A stretch of 64,000 nt of DNA from Candidatus Bathyarchaeia archaeon (GTDB lineage Archaea; Thermoproteota; Bathyarchaeia; 40CM-2-53-6): positions 32,001 through 96,000 of the forward strand of contig JBEKSC010000004.1 of the NCBI GenBank assembly GCA_049517415.1. Direction: 5' to 3'. The notes under the pieces were generated by a model. The model had not been told where the DNA came from and searched no databases. It was given only the letters and a program-made list of their open reading frames with translations. Of this stretch, positions 40,210-50,194 are shown one piece after another (within the stretch, counting starts at the first letter, position 1; the number at the start of each line of letters is the position of its first letter). A program made the position numbers and the translations under genes.

Positions 40210-40875
40210 GTGAAAAGAACATTATACGCCTTAGCCGCTTTGCTGATTCTATCTTCACTTGCGGCATCGGCCGCGGCCCAAGGGTTCCCCATATCTGTTA
40301 ATTTTGGTACTGCGCTTCCTATGCCAATTGGGCAAATCGACACCGTCGCAGTTACGATTACGGACACGGTAAACAGCACGGTACAGCTGACATTCGTTGG
40401 CCTCCGGTTTGAATGGGACGCGCCCAACAATTTCTTCATTGGCGGAAACAGCGATAAGGGTGCAGTTCTAACGGGCGGGGAACAAATAGTGTACTCCATA
40501 CCCGTCACGGTTCCTAGCAACGTCACGCCCGGAACGCACCGGCTGAGCGCATACGTTACCTACCGCGTCTCGAACCAGAAAAATGCGACAACCGTCCAAG
40601 CTGGATGGTGGGTAACGGACTTGCAATTGGCCTATCCTCAAACTCAGCAAAGCCAAACATCAACAGCGGGCACTGGAACACAATCATCATCGAGCTCGGA
40701 AACTATCGGAGTACTCGTTGCGGTGGTCGCAATAGGCCTATTCCTTGAACGAGGCCGAATCAAACGACTCATTAGGAAACCCAAGGAGACTGCTCCGACG
40801 CCGGGGCAACCTGAGGGTGAGCCGCCCGCAGCCGAGAAGCCTGCCGTAGTCGAGAAGAAGGAAGAAGACCTCTAA
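40210..40875 (+). CDS. Secreted single-TM Ig-like protein (copy 3 of 3)
   Basis: Paralog of the 21940 and 27630 ORFs. Confidence 0.8.
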   Translation: MKRTLYALAALLILSSLAASAAAQGFPISVNFGTALPMPIGQIDTVAVTITDTVNSTVQLTFVGLRFEWDAPNNFFIGGNSDKGAVLTGGEQIVYSIPVTVPSNVTPGTHRLSAYVTYRVSNQKNATTVQAGWWVTDLQLAYPQTQQSQTSTAGTGTQSSSSSETIGVLVAVVAIGLFLERGRIKRLIRKPKETAPTPGQPEGEPPAAEKPAVVEKKEEDL

Positions 40876-40908
40876 CCCCCCGGAGAACGGACCCGAGGGT
40901 TCCCCCCA

Positions 40909-41487
40909 ATGAACGGACTCCCAAGCTCGAAGAAGACGACAATAACGCTATTCATCTTCGGCGCTTCACTACTACTCTCTTTAGCCCTCATCCCCGCTCC
41001 GGTGCTAGGACAGGAACCATTCGACGTGAACTGGTCATTCGATTACAGCCCCCTCGTCTCCGCAGCCCCCAATTCGGTCGATGTGAAAATCAATAACACT
41101 GGCCTAACGCCAATTCGACTACTATCAGTTGGAATTAGTTTTCCATGGATGAATGGCACGTATCTCTCATCAGGAATCCCTAAAACGGGGATAGATGTCG
41201 CTCCAGCAGGGGGAGTGCAGTATAGAATTCCTTTTCAGATTCCCGCAGATACTTTAACTGGAAAGTACTCGATGAATACGCTTTTGCAGTATGAGATATT
41301 TCAGACCACACAATATGGTGGGCCTCAATCAATCGTGTACGCACTTGATGTGGTCGTGGTAGGCCGAACAAGCTCATATTCAATGACGTTCGATCCGTAC
41401 GACGGGCGGTTCTACTCCGCGGTTGCGGTCTTTACCCTTCTTGGATGGTACTTGCCGAAGAGGTTGCTGCACAGGACTAAGGGCTGA
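40909..41487 (+). CDS. Secreted single-TM protein, paralog of 28400..28966
   Basis: Co-linear motifs. Confidence 0.8.
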   Translation: MNGLPSSKKTTITLFIFGASLLLSLALIPAPVLGQEPFDVNWSFDYSPLVSAAPNSVDVKINNTGLTPIRLLSVGISFPWMNGTYLSSGIPKTGIDVAPAGGVQYRIPFQIPADTLTGKYSMNTLLQYEIFQTTQYGGPQSIVYALDVVVVGRTSSYSMTFDPYDGRFYSAVAVFTLLGWYLPKRLLHRTKG

Positions 41488-41489
41488 AA

Positions 41490-42584
41490 ATGCGTCTCAA
41501 ACTCCGAGATTTCCTAGCCCTATCCACTGCAGCATACCTTCTCAGCGTTTCATCTAAGATACTTTATCCAGGATTCTATACAGACATTACCTCGCTATAC
41601 TACAGAGTCGTTCTCCCGACGAATAACGGAATCCCCTACCACGCCTACTTTCTTGAGTACCCGGCAATCCCGGCAATCATGATCTGGGTAAGCGGACTTG
41701 CGCCCAGCTTCTTCTACTACATAGTGACCATGGCTTTTCTGATATACCTCTTCGTCATAGCCGCTGTATACTTTCTCTACCGGACTTGCACGGAGTTTGG
41801 ATTGGATCGCGGAAGAATCATCCCGTTCTTCATAATGGCGCCGTCCTTCCTAGTTATGTCATTTTTCAACTGGGACATCGTAGCAATATGCTTCGTAATT
41901 GCAGCTATTTACTGCCTATTCAGAAAGAAGTCACGACTTTCGGGGTTCTGCTTGGGTTTGGGTTTTGCGGCTAAGGCCTATCCTCTGCTCCTGCTTCCTC
42001 CATTCATGAAAGAGGTAGGTTCGTGGCGCGATCGTTTCGAGATGCTGCTCTCAGCCGTCCTGGGTGGGCTGATTCCAAATTTGCCGTTCATCCTCATAGA
42101 TTTCCAAGCGTGGTTGAACTCGAATCTGTCGGCCAGACAGGCGGTGTACGTAGAAGATAGCATATGGATGGTGATACGCTACTACGGGTTAGCCACTCAA
42201 GATTGGCTGATAACGGCAGTGGCATGGTCACTTATAATTCTCGCAATTCTCCACATGACCTTTTCCAACAGGTCTCTCGTGCTGAAGGCATGGGTCATAA
42301 CCGCGGTGACGATTCTTGTTTTTCCATCCTACCCGCCCCAATACAATATATGGCTTCTTCCAATGTTTGTCCTAAGTCCGGTTTTCACCCTTATCCCATT
42401 CTTAGCCTTCGACTTTCTTAATTCAAGCATCATTCTCTCTTGGTTCTCGGTTGACAATCCGTTTCAGCCGTGGGGTCCAATCTGGGACATCAGTCTGATT
42501 AGAATAGGGCTTTTGGTGGTCTTACTGATTTGGGCTACCCGCCGAGGAGCCACCAATACTCAACAGCAATTTCCAGAGAAATAA
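41490..42584 (+). CDS. GT-C membrane glycosyltransferase (GT87-like), paralog of 28976..30145
   Basis: LEYP, NWD, AKAYP, PQYNIW. Confidence 0.82.
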   Translation: MRLKLRDFLALSTAAYLLSVSSKILYPGFYTDITSLYYRVVLPTNNGIPYHAYFLEYPAIPAIMIWVSGLAPSFFYYIVTMAFLIYLFVIAAVYFLYRTCTEFGLDRGRIIPFFIMAPSFLVMSFFNWDIVAICFVIAAIYCLFRKKSRLSGFCLGLGFAAKAYPLLLLPPFMKEVGSWRDRFEMLLSAVLGGLIPNLPFILIDFQAWLNSNLSARQAVYVEDSIWMVIRYYGLATQDWLITAVAWSLIILAILHMTFSNRSLVLKAWVITAVTILVFPSYPPQYNIWLLPMFVLSPVFTLIPFLAFDFLNSSIILSWFSVDNPFQPWGPIWDISLIRIGLLVVLLIWATRRGATNTQQQFPEK

Positions 42585-42971
42585 TCAAGTACCTTTGACT
42601 GCACGAATCCTCTTCGTTCGAAGTCAAGGAGCGTCATTTCGCATTTCTCGATTAGAGTTGCCCGCTGATCCCGCATCCAACCTACCCATTAATGCACACC
42701 TCTTTCGAGATCAATCGATGATTTAAGCTGAATCGCCGGGTCTCCGACTCCCTGGCCAAGAAGAAAACATCTCATGCGTCTAGCCACACAGGAATCCAGT
42801 TACGCAATAACGAGACTGTTTGGATCCGTGTTACAAGGTCTACGGTGGAATGCTAAGCTTGAGGCATTTGTTATCAGAAAGAACTTCTTTTCGCATAAAC
42901 CGCGTATCCGTTTTTCTCGTGAGTTCACTCCGACTACTTGGAGCATGGTTGTAGTTTTTGCGATATTTTGG

Positions 42972-44066
42972 TCAGGGCCGCTGAAACGGATGTGAGAGCA
43001 TGAAGCCCGGTCCGCGCCGAGCTATGGGATGATAGATTTTGCCCAAGCCTAACCTTAGTTCGATGCTCCAAGGGATTAAACTCCGCTTAAGCTCCGAATC
43101 GGGGAAGCGTCGGGATCTCTGAATTCTTCTTCGCTCTAGAACTGTATCTTTGAGTTGCCGCAGATTCCAAATGTAAGCGGATAACACGGCACGAACCTCT
43201 TTTGCGTCTTTATCGACGATTACGGCGTATCCTATGTGAAGTATTTTTAGAATTGCGAGAGTAGGAAATATGGTTACAAGCGTTCTCACTTGGTAATTCT
43301 TTAGCAGTGTTCGGAACCGGTTACGTTCCCACAACCCGATTATCCCGCTGCGACCACTTGCCATCATCGTTCCCATATGGTGGTGGTAAACTACCGACCT
43401 GGGATTGTACGCAATCTTGTGGCCCCTTAAGATGAGACGCCACGAGAAGTCTACGTCCTCGTGATAGATCATGTAAGTTTCGTCAAGATATCCGATTTCA
43501 TCAAATACGGATTTCCTGACAATGGCGGCTCCGAGACACCCATAGGGCACATAACAGGGTTGGTCGTATTGGCCTCGGTCCACTTCACCTATGCCTCGAT
43601 TGTAGGCAAAGCCGTAGTAGTCGCATGCGCCTCCGGTTGAGTTGAGTCGTCCATGGAAATCGTACATTTTCGGCACCGTCATAGCGACATTTGGGTCTTG
43701 GTGGTCCTTCATTAGGATGTTGAGCCAATTGGGAGTAACCTTCATGTCATTGTTGAGTAAGCAGACGAAGGGTGCGTTAGATTTGCTGACCGCAAAATTA
43801 AGGGCTCGAGAAAACCCCAGGTTAGTTCCCATCTCAATTAATTTCACGTTTGGATAGTTTTTTCGAACAAAATCCTGAGAGCCATCGGTGGAGCCATTAT
43901 CAACAACATGGACTGTGAAATTAGGCCATGTCATTTTGAAGAGTGATGGTAATATTCGCTTTAAGTGGTTTTGACCATTGTAATTCAGGACGAAGACATC
44001 GATCTTAGGACTAGCGTACCTTTGCTTTCCACTATGCGTTGTTCTTCTCTGTTGGCTCATGTCCAA
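42972..44066 (-). CDS. GT2 glycosyltransferase (WbbL-like)
   Basis: LNYNG, VDNGSTD, NLGF, LNND, YHEDVD.SWR. Confidence 0.9.
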   Translation of the reverse strand: MDMSQQRRTTHSGKQRYASPKIDVFVLNYNGQNHLKRILPSLFKMTWPNFTVHVVDNGSTDGSQDFVRKNYPNVKLIEMGTNLGFSRALNFAVSKSNAPFVCLLNNDMKVTPNWLNILMKDHQDPNVAMTVPKMYDFHGRLNSTGGACDYYGFAYNRGIGEVDRGQYDQPCYVPYGCLGAAIVRKSVFDEIGYLDETYMIYHEDVDFSWRLILRGHKIAYNPRSVVYHHHMGTMMASGRSGIIGLWERNRFRTLLKNYQVRTLVTIFPTLAILKILHIGYAVIVDKDAKEVRAVLSAYIWNLRQLKDTVLERRRIQRSRRFPDSELKRSLIPWSIELRLGLGKIYHPIARRGPGFMLSHPFQRP

Positions 44067-44128
44067 ACCGCGGTCTCTCCGTTTTGGGAGGGCCTGATAG
44101 ATTTCAGGCGCAAGTTGTGCATTTCACA

Positions 44129-45136
44129 TCAGATTGATTGCTCGATCCAAACCTTGGGGGCGTTCTTGGTTATTTCAAGCGGCAGCGTATACGTCGGCTC
44201 CTGTTGTCCCATGACCCTTGCCCATTCAATCATCTTCTGGAGCCCGTTCCTGAGCGGATGGCGAGTCTGGTAGTCTAGGAGTTTCATTGATTTCTCAGCC
44301 GTGCTGTAGGCATATTTCACGTCGTTTGGTCGCGCCGGGACCTTTTCAGGCTTCAATGTGGTTCCAGTAAGTTCGAGGACTAATCTGCATGCTTCATTGA
44401 TAGTGACTGCCTCTTCGCTGCCCAAGTTAATGATTTGACCTTGTGCCTTAGCGTAGAAGCCTGCATTTGCAAGAGCCGGCGTGATGTCCTCTATGTAAGA
44501 GAACGCGCGCTTCTGCTCGCCATCGCCATAAATTAGAGGGTTCTTACCCCTCATGATCCGGTTGATCCAAATGCCCAACACGTTCCTGTATGGATCAGCG
44601 ATGTTCTGCTTGGCGCCATACACATTATGCGGACGAACAATCACATATTCGAGCCCGTAGACTCGGCTAAAAATTTCTAACATATTCTCACAGTACGCTT
44701 TGGCCGCACCGTAGGGATCTTCAGGCCGGCGTGGAAGGTCCTCGCCGAAGGGCGGTTTTTGGTCTCCGTACACCGCCATAGACGAAGTAAAGACAAATCT
44801 CTTGACGCCGTGGTTGACCGCGGATACTAGCAGGTTGTTCATGGGAGCTATGTTGATTTCATTTATCGCTATTGGCGAGAAAACCGACTGGCCTTCTGCG
44901 GCGTATGCTGCCAAATGGAAAATCACATCCACACCTTGACCAACGATGGCTTCAACTTGTTCCTTTTTTGTGAGGTCGGCTTTCACAAACTTGCAGCCGG
45001 GATTGACATTTTCTTGTTTTCCACCCAACAGGTTGTCTGCTGCAATAACCTCGTTTCCCCTATTGAGAAGTTCGTCTCCGAGCCATGAACCCATGAAGCC
45101 GGCTCCGCCAGTGACGAGAATACGACTAGTAGCCAA
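44129..45136 (-). CDS. NAD-dependent nucleotide-sugar epimerase/dehydratase
   Basis: TGGAGFMGS, SSMAVYG, YGAAK, NVYG. Confidence 0.92.
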   Translation of the reverse strand: MATSRILVTGGAGFMGSWLGDELLNRGNEVIAADNLLGGKQENVNPGCKFVKADLTKKEQVEAIVGQGVDVIFHLAAYAAEGQSVFSPIAINEINIAPMNNLLVSAVNHGVKRFVFTSSMAVYGDQKPPFGEDLPRRPEDPYGAAKAYCENMLEIFSRVYGLEYVIVRPHNVYGAKQNIADPYRNVLGIWINRIMRGKNPLIYGDGEQKRAFSYIEDITPALANAGFYAKAQGQIINLGSEEAVTINEACRLVLELTGTTLKPEKVPARPNDVKYAYSTAEKSMKLLDYQTRHPLRNGLQKMIEWARVMGQQEPTYTLPLEITKNAPKVWIEQSI

Positions 45137-45286
45137 ATGACCAACACCGCCTACGCCTAAGGTGTGTTCCGTGATATAACATGATGAGTCTACGCAATGC
45201 GGCTAACCTGCGATATTTCTTGTTTCCCTGGCAACCTTACACAGTCCCGTCTGTTAGGCCTCTAGATATCCAACAGGGTAGCTTAC

Positions 45287-46624
45287 CTAACTTTCCGGTC
45301 CCAGCCCGATCGCCCTAACGTGTACTCCAGCCGATCTGAAAATCGCCAGGTCCAAGAAACGTCTGCCATCAATGACAAATGGTTGACGCATCTTCTTGAT
45401 GTAGACTTCTGGACGGATTTTCTTGAACTCGGGCCACTCGGTTATGAGAATGCAGCAGTCGGCTTGTTCGAGGCAATCGGAACTGCCAGTTGCATATTCA
45501 ACCCTGTTTCCGAATATTCGCCGAGCATTTTCCATGGCTTCTGGATCCCAGACTGCAACGGTTGCCCGTTCGTTTAGGAAGTTGTTGATGATTGGCACGG
45601 AGACAGCTTCTCGCATATCGTCGGTCTCTGGTTTGAACGCTAGCCCCAACACTGCGATGCGTTTTCCTCCTAACGAACCCAAGAAGTGTTTCGCGAATTG
45701 GACTGCTTTCTCAGCCTGTTTCTTGTTTGTCTCAACAGTCGCCCGGATCAAATCCGCGCCGTATCCAAGCCCTCGGCTAAAGCTGAGTAGGGCTTCGAGA
45801 TCCTTTGGAAAGCACGACCCGCCCCAACCTAACCCTGCGTCAAGGAACTGGTGCCCTATCCGTTTATCCAATCCTATGCCCGCCGCTATAGGTTTGACAT
45901 CCGCGTGCGGGACGAGTTCCGCTATATTTGCTATGCAATTGATGAAACTGATTTTAGTGGCCAAGAAGGCATTGTTCGCATACTTTGTTAGCTCTGCATT
46001 CTCGAAGTCGGTCCTTATTACCGGAGGAATCTTGGGCCCGTGAAATTTCTTGTAGAATCGTTCAAGTCTACGCATAGCAGCAAGGTCATCACTTCCAATC
46101 ACTATCCGGTCTGGAAATTCCGTATCATAGATAGCGTTTCCTTCTCGTAGGAATTCAGGGTTTGAGCAAACTGAGAAGTCAATCTCCGGCGTCTTTTGAG
46201 ATTCCCGTTGAATGGTTGCCTTGACTACGTTACGGGCGGTGCCGGGCGTTACTGTGCTCTTGATTACTACGAGCTGATATTTGGCCGCGCCCCGCAGCGA
46301 CTGTCCGATCATTTCCGCTGCCTTCTCGACGTATGACAGATCTATTCCACCTTCAGCTCGACTCGGTGTACTCACCGCGATGTAGGCTAGGTCAGAACTC
46401 GAATTCAATGTAGAGTCCTGTGTTACCAGCAGCGTTCGTTTCTTCAATGCATGATCAAGATATTCCCTCAATTTAGGCTCGTAGAATGGAGGGACGCCTT
46501 TTTGGAGCATTTCGATTACGCGTGGATTCGGATCGATCCCGATGACTTTGAGCCCATGCTTTGCAAAGGACGTTGCCATTACTAGCCCGACGCGGCCTAG
46601 ACCGAATATGGAAATTCTTCGCAT
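45287..46624 (-). CDS. ugd: UDP-glucose 6-dehydrogenase
   Basis: Likely start 46624 (MRRISIFGLGRVG); KSTV, NPEFLREG, GGSCFPKD, AFKPETDD. Confidence 0.92.
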   Translation of the reverse strand: MRRISIFGLGRVGLVMATSFAKHGLKVIGIDPNPRVIEMLQKGVPPFYEPKLREYLDHALKKRTLLVTQDSTLNSSSDLAYIAVSTPSRAEGGIDLSYVEKAAEMIGQSLRGAAKYQLVVIKSTVTPGTARNVVKATIQRESQKTPEIDFSVCSNPEFLREGNAIYDTEFPDRIVIGSDDLAAMRRLERFYKKFHGPKIPPVIRTDFENAELTKYANNAFLATKISFINCIANIAELVPHADVKPIAAGIGLDKRIGHQFLDAGLGWGGSCFPKDLEALLSFSRGLGYGADLIRATVETNKKQAEKAVQFAKHFLGSLGGKRIAVLGLAFKPETDDMREAVSVPIINNFLNERATVAVWDPEAMENARRIFGNRVEYATGSSDCLEQADCCILITEWPEFKKIRPEVYIKKMRQPFVIDGRRFLDLAIFRSAGVHVRAIGLGPES

Positions 46625-46628
46625 GTCC

Positions 46629-46679
46629 CTCACAAATCCAACTTCCAATGAAACCAGCGCCACCTGTAACCAATATAGT
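46629..46679 (-). pseudogene. N-terminal remnant of an NAD-dependent epimerase/decarboxylase
   Basis: TILVTGGAGFIGSWICE ends abruptly at the ugd start region. Confidence 0.65.
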
Positions 46680-46759
46680 TGGCCCTCTGAACGATTAAAC
46701 CCCACTAAGGCTTTCTTGGAATGCTTCGATGCTACCCTTAACGGACGGATCCGAAATGC

Positions 46760-47683
46760 TCAGGTCCGTACCGAACCTGTCTTCGCCGTGGCGTTGCGAT
46801 AGGACAGCTCCAGTGCTTCCCAATATGTCTCAGGCGTTCCGATGTCCAAGCGCAGGTCCTCTGGTTGTAGGCTGACTGCCTGAACGTTGTGTCCCGACTC
46901 CAATAGACCCTGAATGGCGTCCGTCAGCTGAATCTCTCCCAGCTGATCCCTCTTGGTTTTCCTAAGGGATTCGAAAATAGTTCCGTTGAAGATGTAAAGG
47001 GGCATGATAGCCAATTTGCTCTTTGGGTGCGTCGGTTTCTCCTCGACGCCCAACACCTGCTGTCCTGTGCTTGATGCGCGTACCTCCGCTATCCCATAGC
47101 CTCTCGGGTCTTCCACTTGTTGAATTGTAAGAGTCGCATCTGCAACATTGTTGAAGTGCGCATGAAGTAGACGTGATTGTATTGGGATCGAGGCCGAAGT
47201 TATGTAAGTGTCCCCTGCGTGCACAAAGAATGTTTCAGAATCAACTAATGGCTCGGCTAGAAGAACAGCGTGGCCGAATCCCTGAGGTTCAGGCTGATTC
47301 ACCCAAACTATTGTTGATTTATCGATTCTATCGTAAAATCGCTCCAACTGCAGCGCTTGGGCAGTCTTACCGTGTGTGTTCAGCCCCATAACATAGTCTC
47401 GGTCAGGGGTAAAGTGATCCTCGATCGCACGTTTCTCCTTACCAACGACGAAGCAAAATTCCCTCAGGCCTAGCTCGAACATTTGCTCGAATATCTGTTG
47501 GACAGCTGGCTTTAGGCATAGAATCCCGTCGTCTGAGGCGAACAGTGGCAGCATCTCCTTGGGTTGTTCTTTCGTGGCGGAAAGGAGACGCGTCCCCAGA
47601 CCCGCAGCTGGGATGACTGCCTTTGAAACTTCGCCCATGACTCCCATTTTCGGTGACACTGCTTGTTCTTCTCGATGACACAC
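46760..47683 (-). CDS. galU: UTP-glucose-1-phosphate uridylyltransferase
   Basis: AVIPAAGLGTRL..PKEMLP, Q.EP.G.GHA, EEKP, GEIQLTDA. Confidence 0.9.
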   Translation of the reverse strand: MCHREEQAVSPKMGVMGEVSKAVIPAAGLGTRLLSATKEQPKEMLPLFASDDGILCLKPAVQQIFEQMFELGLREFCFVVGKEKRAIEDHFTPDRDYVMGLNTHGKTAQALQLERFYDRIDKSTIVWVNQPEPQGFGHAVLLAEPLVDSETFFVHAGDTYITSASIPIQSRLLHAHFNNVADATLTIQQVEDPRGYGIAEVRASSTGQQVLGVEEKPTHPKSKLAIMPLYIFNGTIFESLRKTKRDQLGEIQLTDAIQGLLESGHNVQAVSLQPEDLRLDIGTPETYWEALELSYRNATAKTGSVRT

Positions 47684-47830
47684 TCTAAATACGCTATATG
47701 AATACTACTCGAAATGCGCTCAACGTTGGATATAGAATGATCTTCTCAAATTGGGTAGCGATTGACTTCCATCAAACTACTCTCGGTAGCGGCGCTTACG
47801 CTAGGGAGTGTTGCGTGCGGAAAAATAGTC

Positions 47831-48220
47831 CTAGTACGCTGATTCCCACAGGTCTACGGAATATTCGATGAAGTACCAGCCTGGGTACCAGTTTCCGGCT
47901 AGGATCGTGCTGTGTATGTCCCCCATTTTAGCGTTGAACGTCGTTACGCCATCTTGCATGTCGAATAGTCTCGTTACGCCGTCGCGCAAGCGTCGCAGCT
48001 TCGCCAGCTCATTGGCTGCCCAGGCGATCGTTGTTGCTCTGATTTCTCCTGAAACGGTGGCAGTACGGCCTTTATTCCATGCCGTTGAAGGCGTCCAATG
48101 GTCTACGTTTCGCGCAGGCACCACAGTGTCAAGTAATACCTGGTTGGCAGCGAAGTCAACTTCCAGAACGTGTTGAAAGACGACCGGGCCGAATTGAACT
48201 TTCGTTTCGTCGTCAGCCAT
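47831..48220 (-). CDS. Putative Dit/gpU-like tail-tip protein
   Basis: GRTATVSGEI...IEYSVDLWE pattern; resembles the C-terminal domain of the upstream ORF. Confidence 0.45.
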   Translation of the reverse strand: MADDETKVQFGPVVFQHVLEVDFAANQVLLDTVVPARNVDHWTPSTAWNKGRTATVSGEIRATTIAWAANELAKLRRLRDGVTRLFDMQDGVTTFNAKMGDIHSTILAGNWYPGWYFIEYSVDLWESAY

Positions 48221-50139
48221 CAGTCTATCGCCTCTTGAGCCACGAAGGAGTAATTGTAGATCGCGCCATCTTCCGCCTTCTTAGGTTTAGGCACGGACGA
48301 TACGTAGGCGTAGAAACTCTCGCCTGTTGGTAGCATGAAGAAATGCTTCGTGTTGTTTGCTAAGCCAAGAATCATTGCAAGCTCGCCGGCCAAGTCCGTC
48401 GTCCAACCGGTGATCGTTAATTTTCGTCCCTTACCACCCTGGTAGACCTCATTAGGCAACCCGTCGCTCGCCGGCAGGTTCGTCATATTCACGAGCTCAT
48501 CTAACTGAACGGTGAGAACGTGGGAGAACGACGTTCCGTCCACGCTAAGTTGTCCCTGCATCGTGTAGGCGAGTTCAACCGCTAAACCGATCTCGGGAAC
48601 GATTGGCACTGGCCACGGTACAAGGATATATTCTGTGAACGTTCCACTATCCGTAGACTTCAATGAGGCAAGGACGGATTGAGTTATTTCCGTACCTTGA
48701 GTTGATTCTCCAGTCGTTATCAGAGGGCCAGGTGTAAGCTTCTCCGTACCTGTGCCTGTTTCATTGATTCCGGGGCCTCCAGAAACGCTGGATCCGTGCG
48801 CTCCAGAACCTGTTTCAGTGATGGTAAATGATGCTGTTAGGCCCCAGCCTTCAACACCTAACCCGGAGTCGGCAACGGTGAAGGTTACGCTGAGAGCTGG
48901 CAGGTCGGTGCCGGAGCCTGTTTCATTAATCGCTGGGCCTCCAACGGTGCTAAGTAATTCAGTCCCAGCTACAGACTCGAACACGTCAACCTCCGTGTAG
49001 ACGGCGACCGTGAACACTTCACTAAAGACGCCTTCCTCTAACACAACTGGCGAGTAGTAGGGTAGAACGCCGGTGGTCCTGATGTCCGTTTCCGTGTAAG
49101 TGCCAACCTCAGTCACAGTCAAAATGTAGGTGGGGAAATCGTTTTCCGATCCGATGCCGCTTTCAGCCGCAATCGGCGTGTTGACGGGAGTAAGCGCTTC
49201 GGTACCGGTTCCACTCTCAGCAGGCGCTAGAACCGGTTGCAGAGACACCGTCAAATCAGTGCCTGTACCAGCCTCAGATGTGGAGATGAAATTTATCGCT
49301 TTGAATGTGGCGATGACCGCCACTCGATTGGCTTGGGCTCCTGAGTCGGTGTATGTGGTACTTTGTGTTCCGGTTGAAGTCACAATCTTATACATGTAAG
49401 CGCTGGTGGCAACATTAGACCCACCTGTACCGTCAAGCAACGTGTAACCGTTGCTTGGGCTTGATATTGAGGTCGCTCCTCCGTTCCAAGTTCCGGCGCT
49501 GACTACCACTAATTCATTGGCGAACGTTGTTGCGCCACTTGTTGAAATCGTTACGGGCGACGTGACATTCGCTACGGTCCCGTTTTGGTCTACTGGACTT
49601 ACTGTCGTTATGCCTGACCATTCGCAAACGTTGACTACTGCCAAACTGGCTGGATTGCCGCTTAGAGTCACGGTTATTGACTTAGAGGTCCCGCTACCAA
49701 TTAGCCCCCACCACAGTTCGCATTGTTCCCCAAAATTGGAGATCGAATTAACGTAAGTCCAAGTTACACCGGTTTGAGTTATGCCGGTGACAGCGAGATT
49801 CGTGCCACTGTTACCGCTGTTATTCGCGATAGCCAATATGAGTAAGTTACCGTTCGTAGGTGTACTGCCAAGTAAATTGGTGAATACAAGCGGGCTACTG
49901 GTCCCTGTGCCTCGATATGGACCTTGAACGAGAACGATGTTTGCTGCTGCGCCTCGAAGAAAAATTAGTCCCAGAATAGCGTCGCGCAGAAATTTCTCGT
50001 ATGCTTTCTCGTTCCAAGATGTAACGGGGTAGAGGATGGTTTGCTCGTACCCGACAGCGAGGGCTAGAATAGCGAGAGTTTGGACGAGATGCCTACGGCT
50101 AGTACCTCCATAGCATCTACTCTCCGACAAGGTTACCAC
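48220..50139 (-). CDS. Tail fibre/adhesin-like protein with E.G.G.E repeats and a C-terminal Dit-like domain
   Basis: Beta-sandwich N-domain (PTNGNLLI, EWSGI), repeated ExGxGxE/D units. Confidence 0.6.
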   Translation of the reverse strand: MVTLSESRCYGGTSRRHLVQTLAILALAVGYEQTILYPVTSWNEKAYEKFLRDAILGLIFLRGAAANIVLVQGPYRGTGTSSPLVFTNLLGSTPTNGNLLILAIANNSGNSGTNLAVTGITQTGVTWTYVNSISNFGEQCELWWGLIGSGTSKSITVTLSGNPASLAVVNVCEWSGITTVSPVDQNGTVANVTSPVTISTSGATTFANELVVVSAGTWNGGATSISSPSNGYTLLDGTGGSNVATSAYMYKIVTSTGTQSTTYTDSGAQANRVAVIATFKAINFISTSEAGTGTDLTVSLQPVLAPAESGTGTEALTPVNTPIAAESGIGSENDFPTYILTVTEVGTYTETDIRTTGVLPYYSPVVLEEGVFSEVFTVAVYTEVDVFESVAGTELLSTVGGPAINETGSGTDLPALSVTFTVADSGLGVEGWGLTASFTITETGSGAHGSSVSGGPGINETGTGTEKLTPGPLITTGESTQGTEITQSVLASLKSTDSGTFTEYILVPWPVPIVPEIGLAVELAYTMQGQLSVDGTSFSHVLTVQLDELVNMTNLPASDGLPNEVYQGGKGRKLTITGWTTDLAGELAMILGLANNTKHFFMLPTGESFYAYVSSVPKPKKAEDGAIYNYSFVAQEAID

Positions 50140-50194
50140 GGCTTGAAATCGTGAGGGTGCTGAGCTGAAAGAAACTCAGCGAAGGAAAGAAAGC

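Noticed and set aside
47684..47830. tRNA or att site at the element boundary
   Set aside because: No cloverleaf or matching direct repeat found within the window
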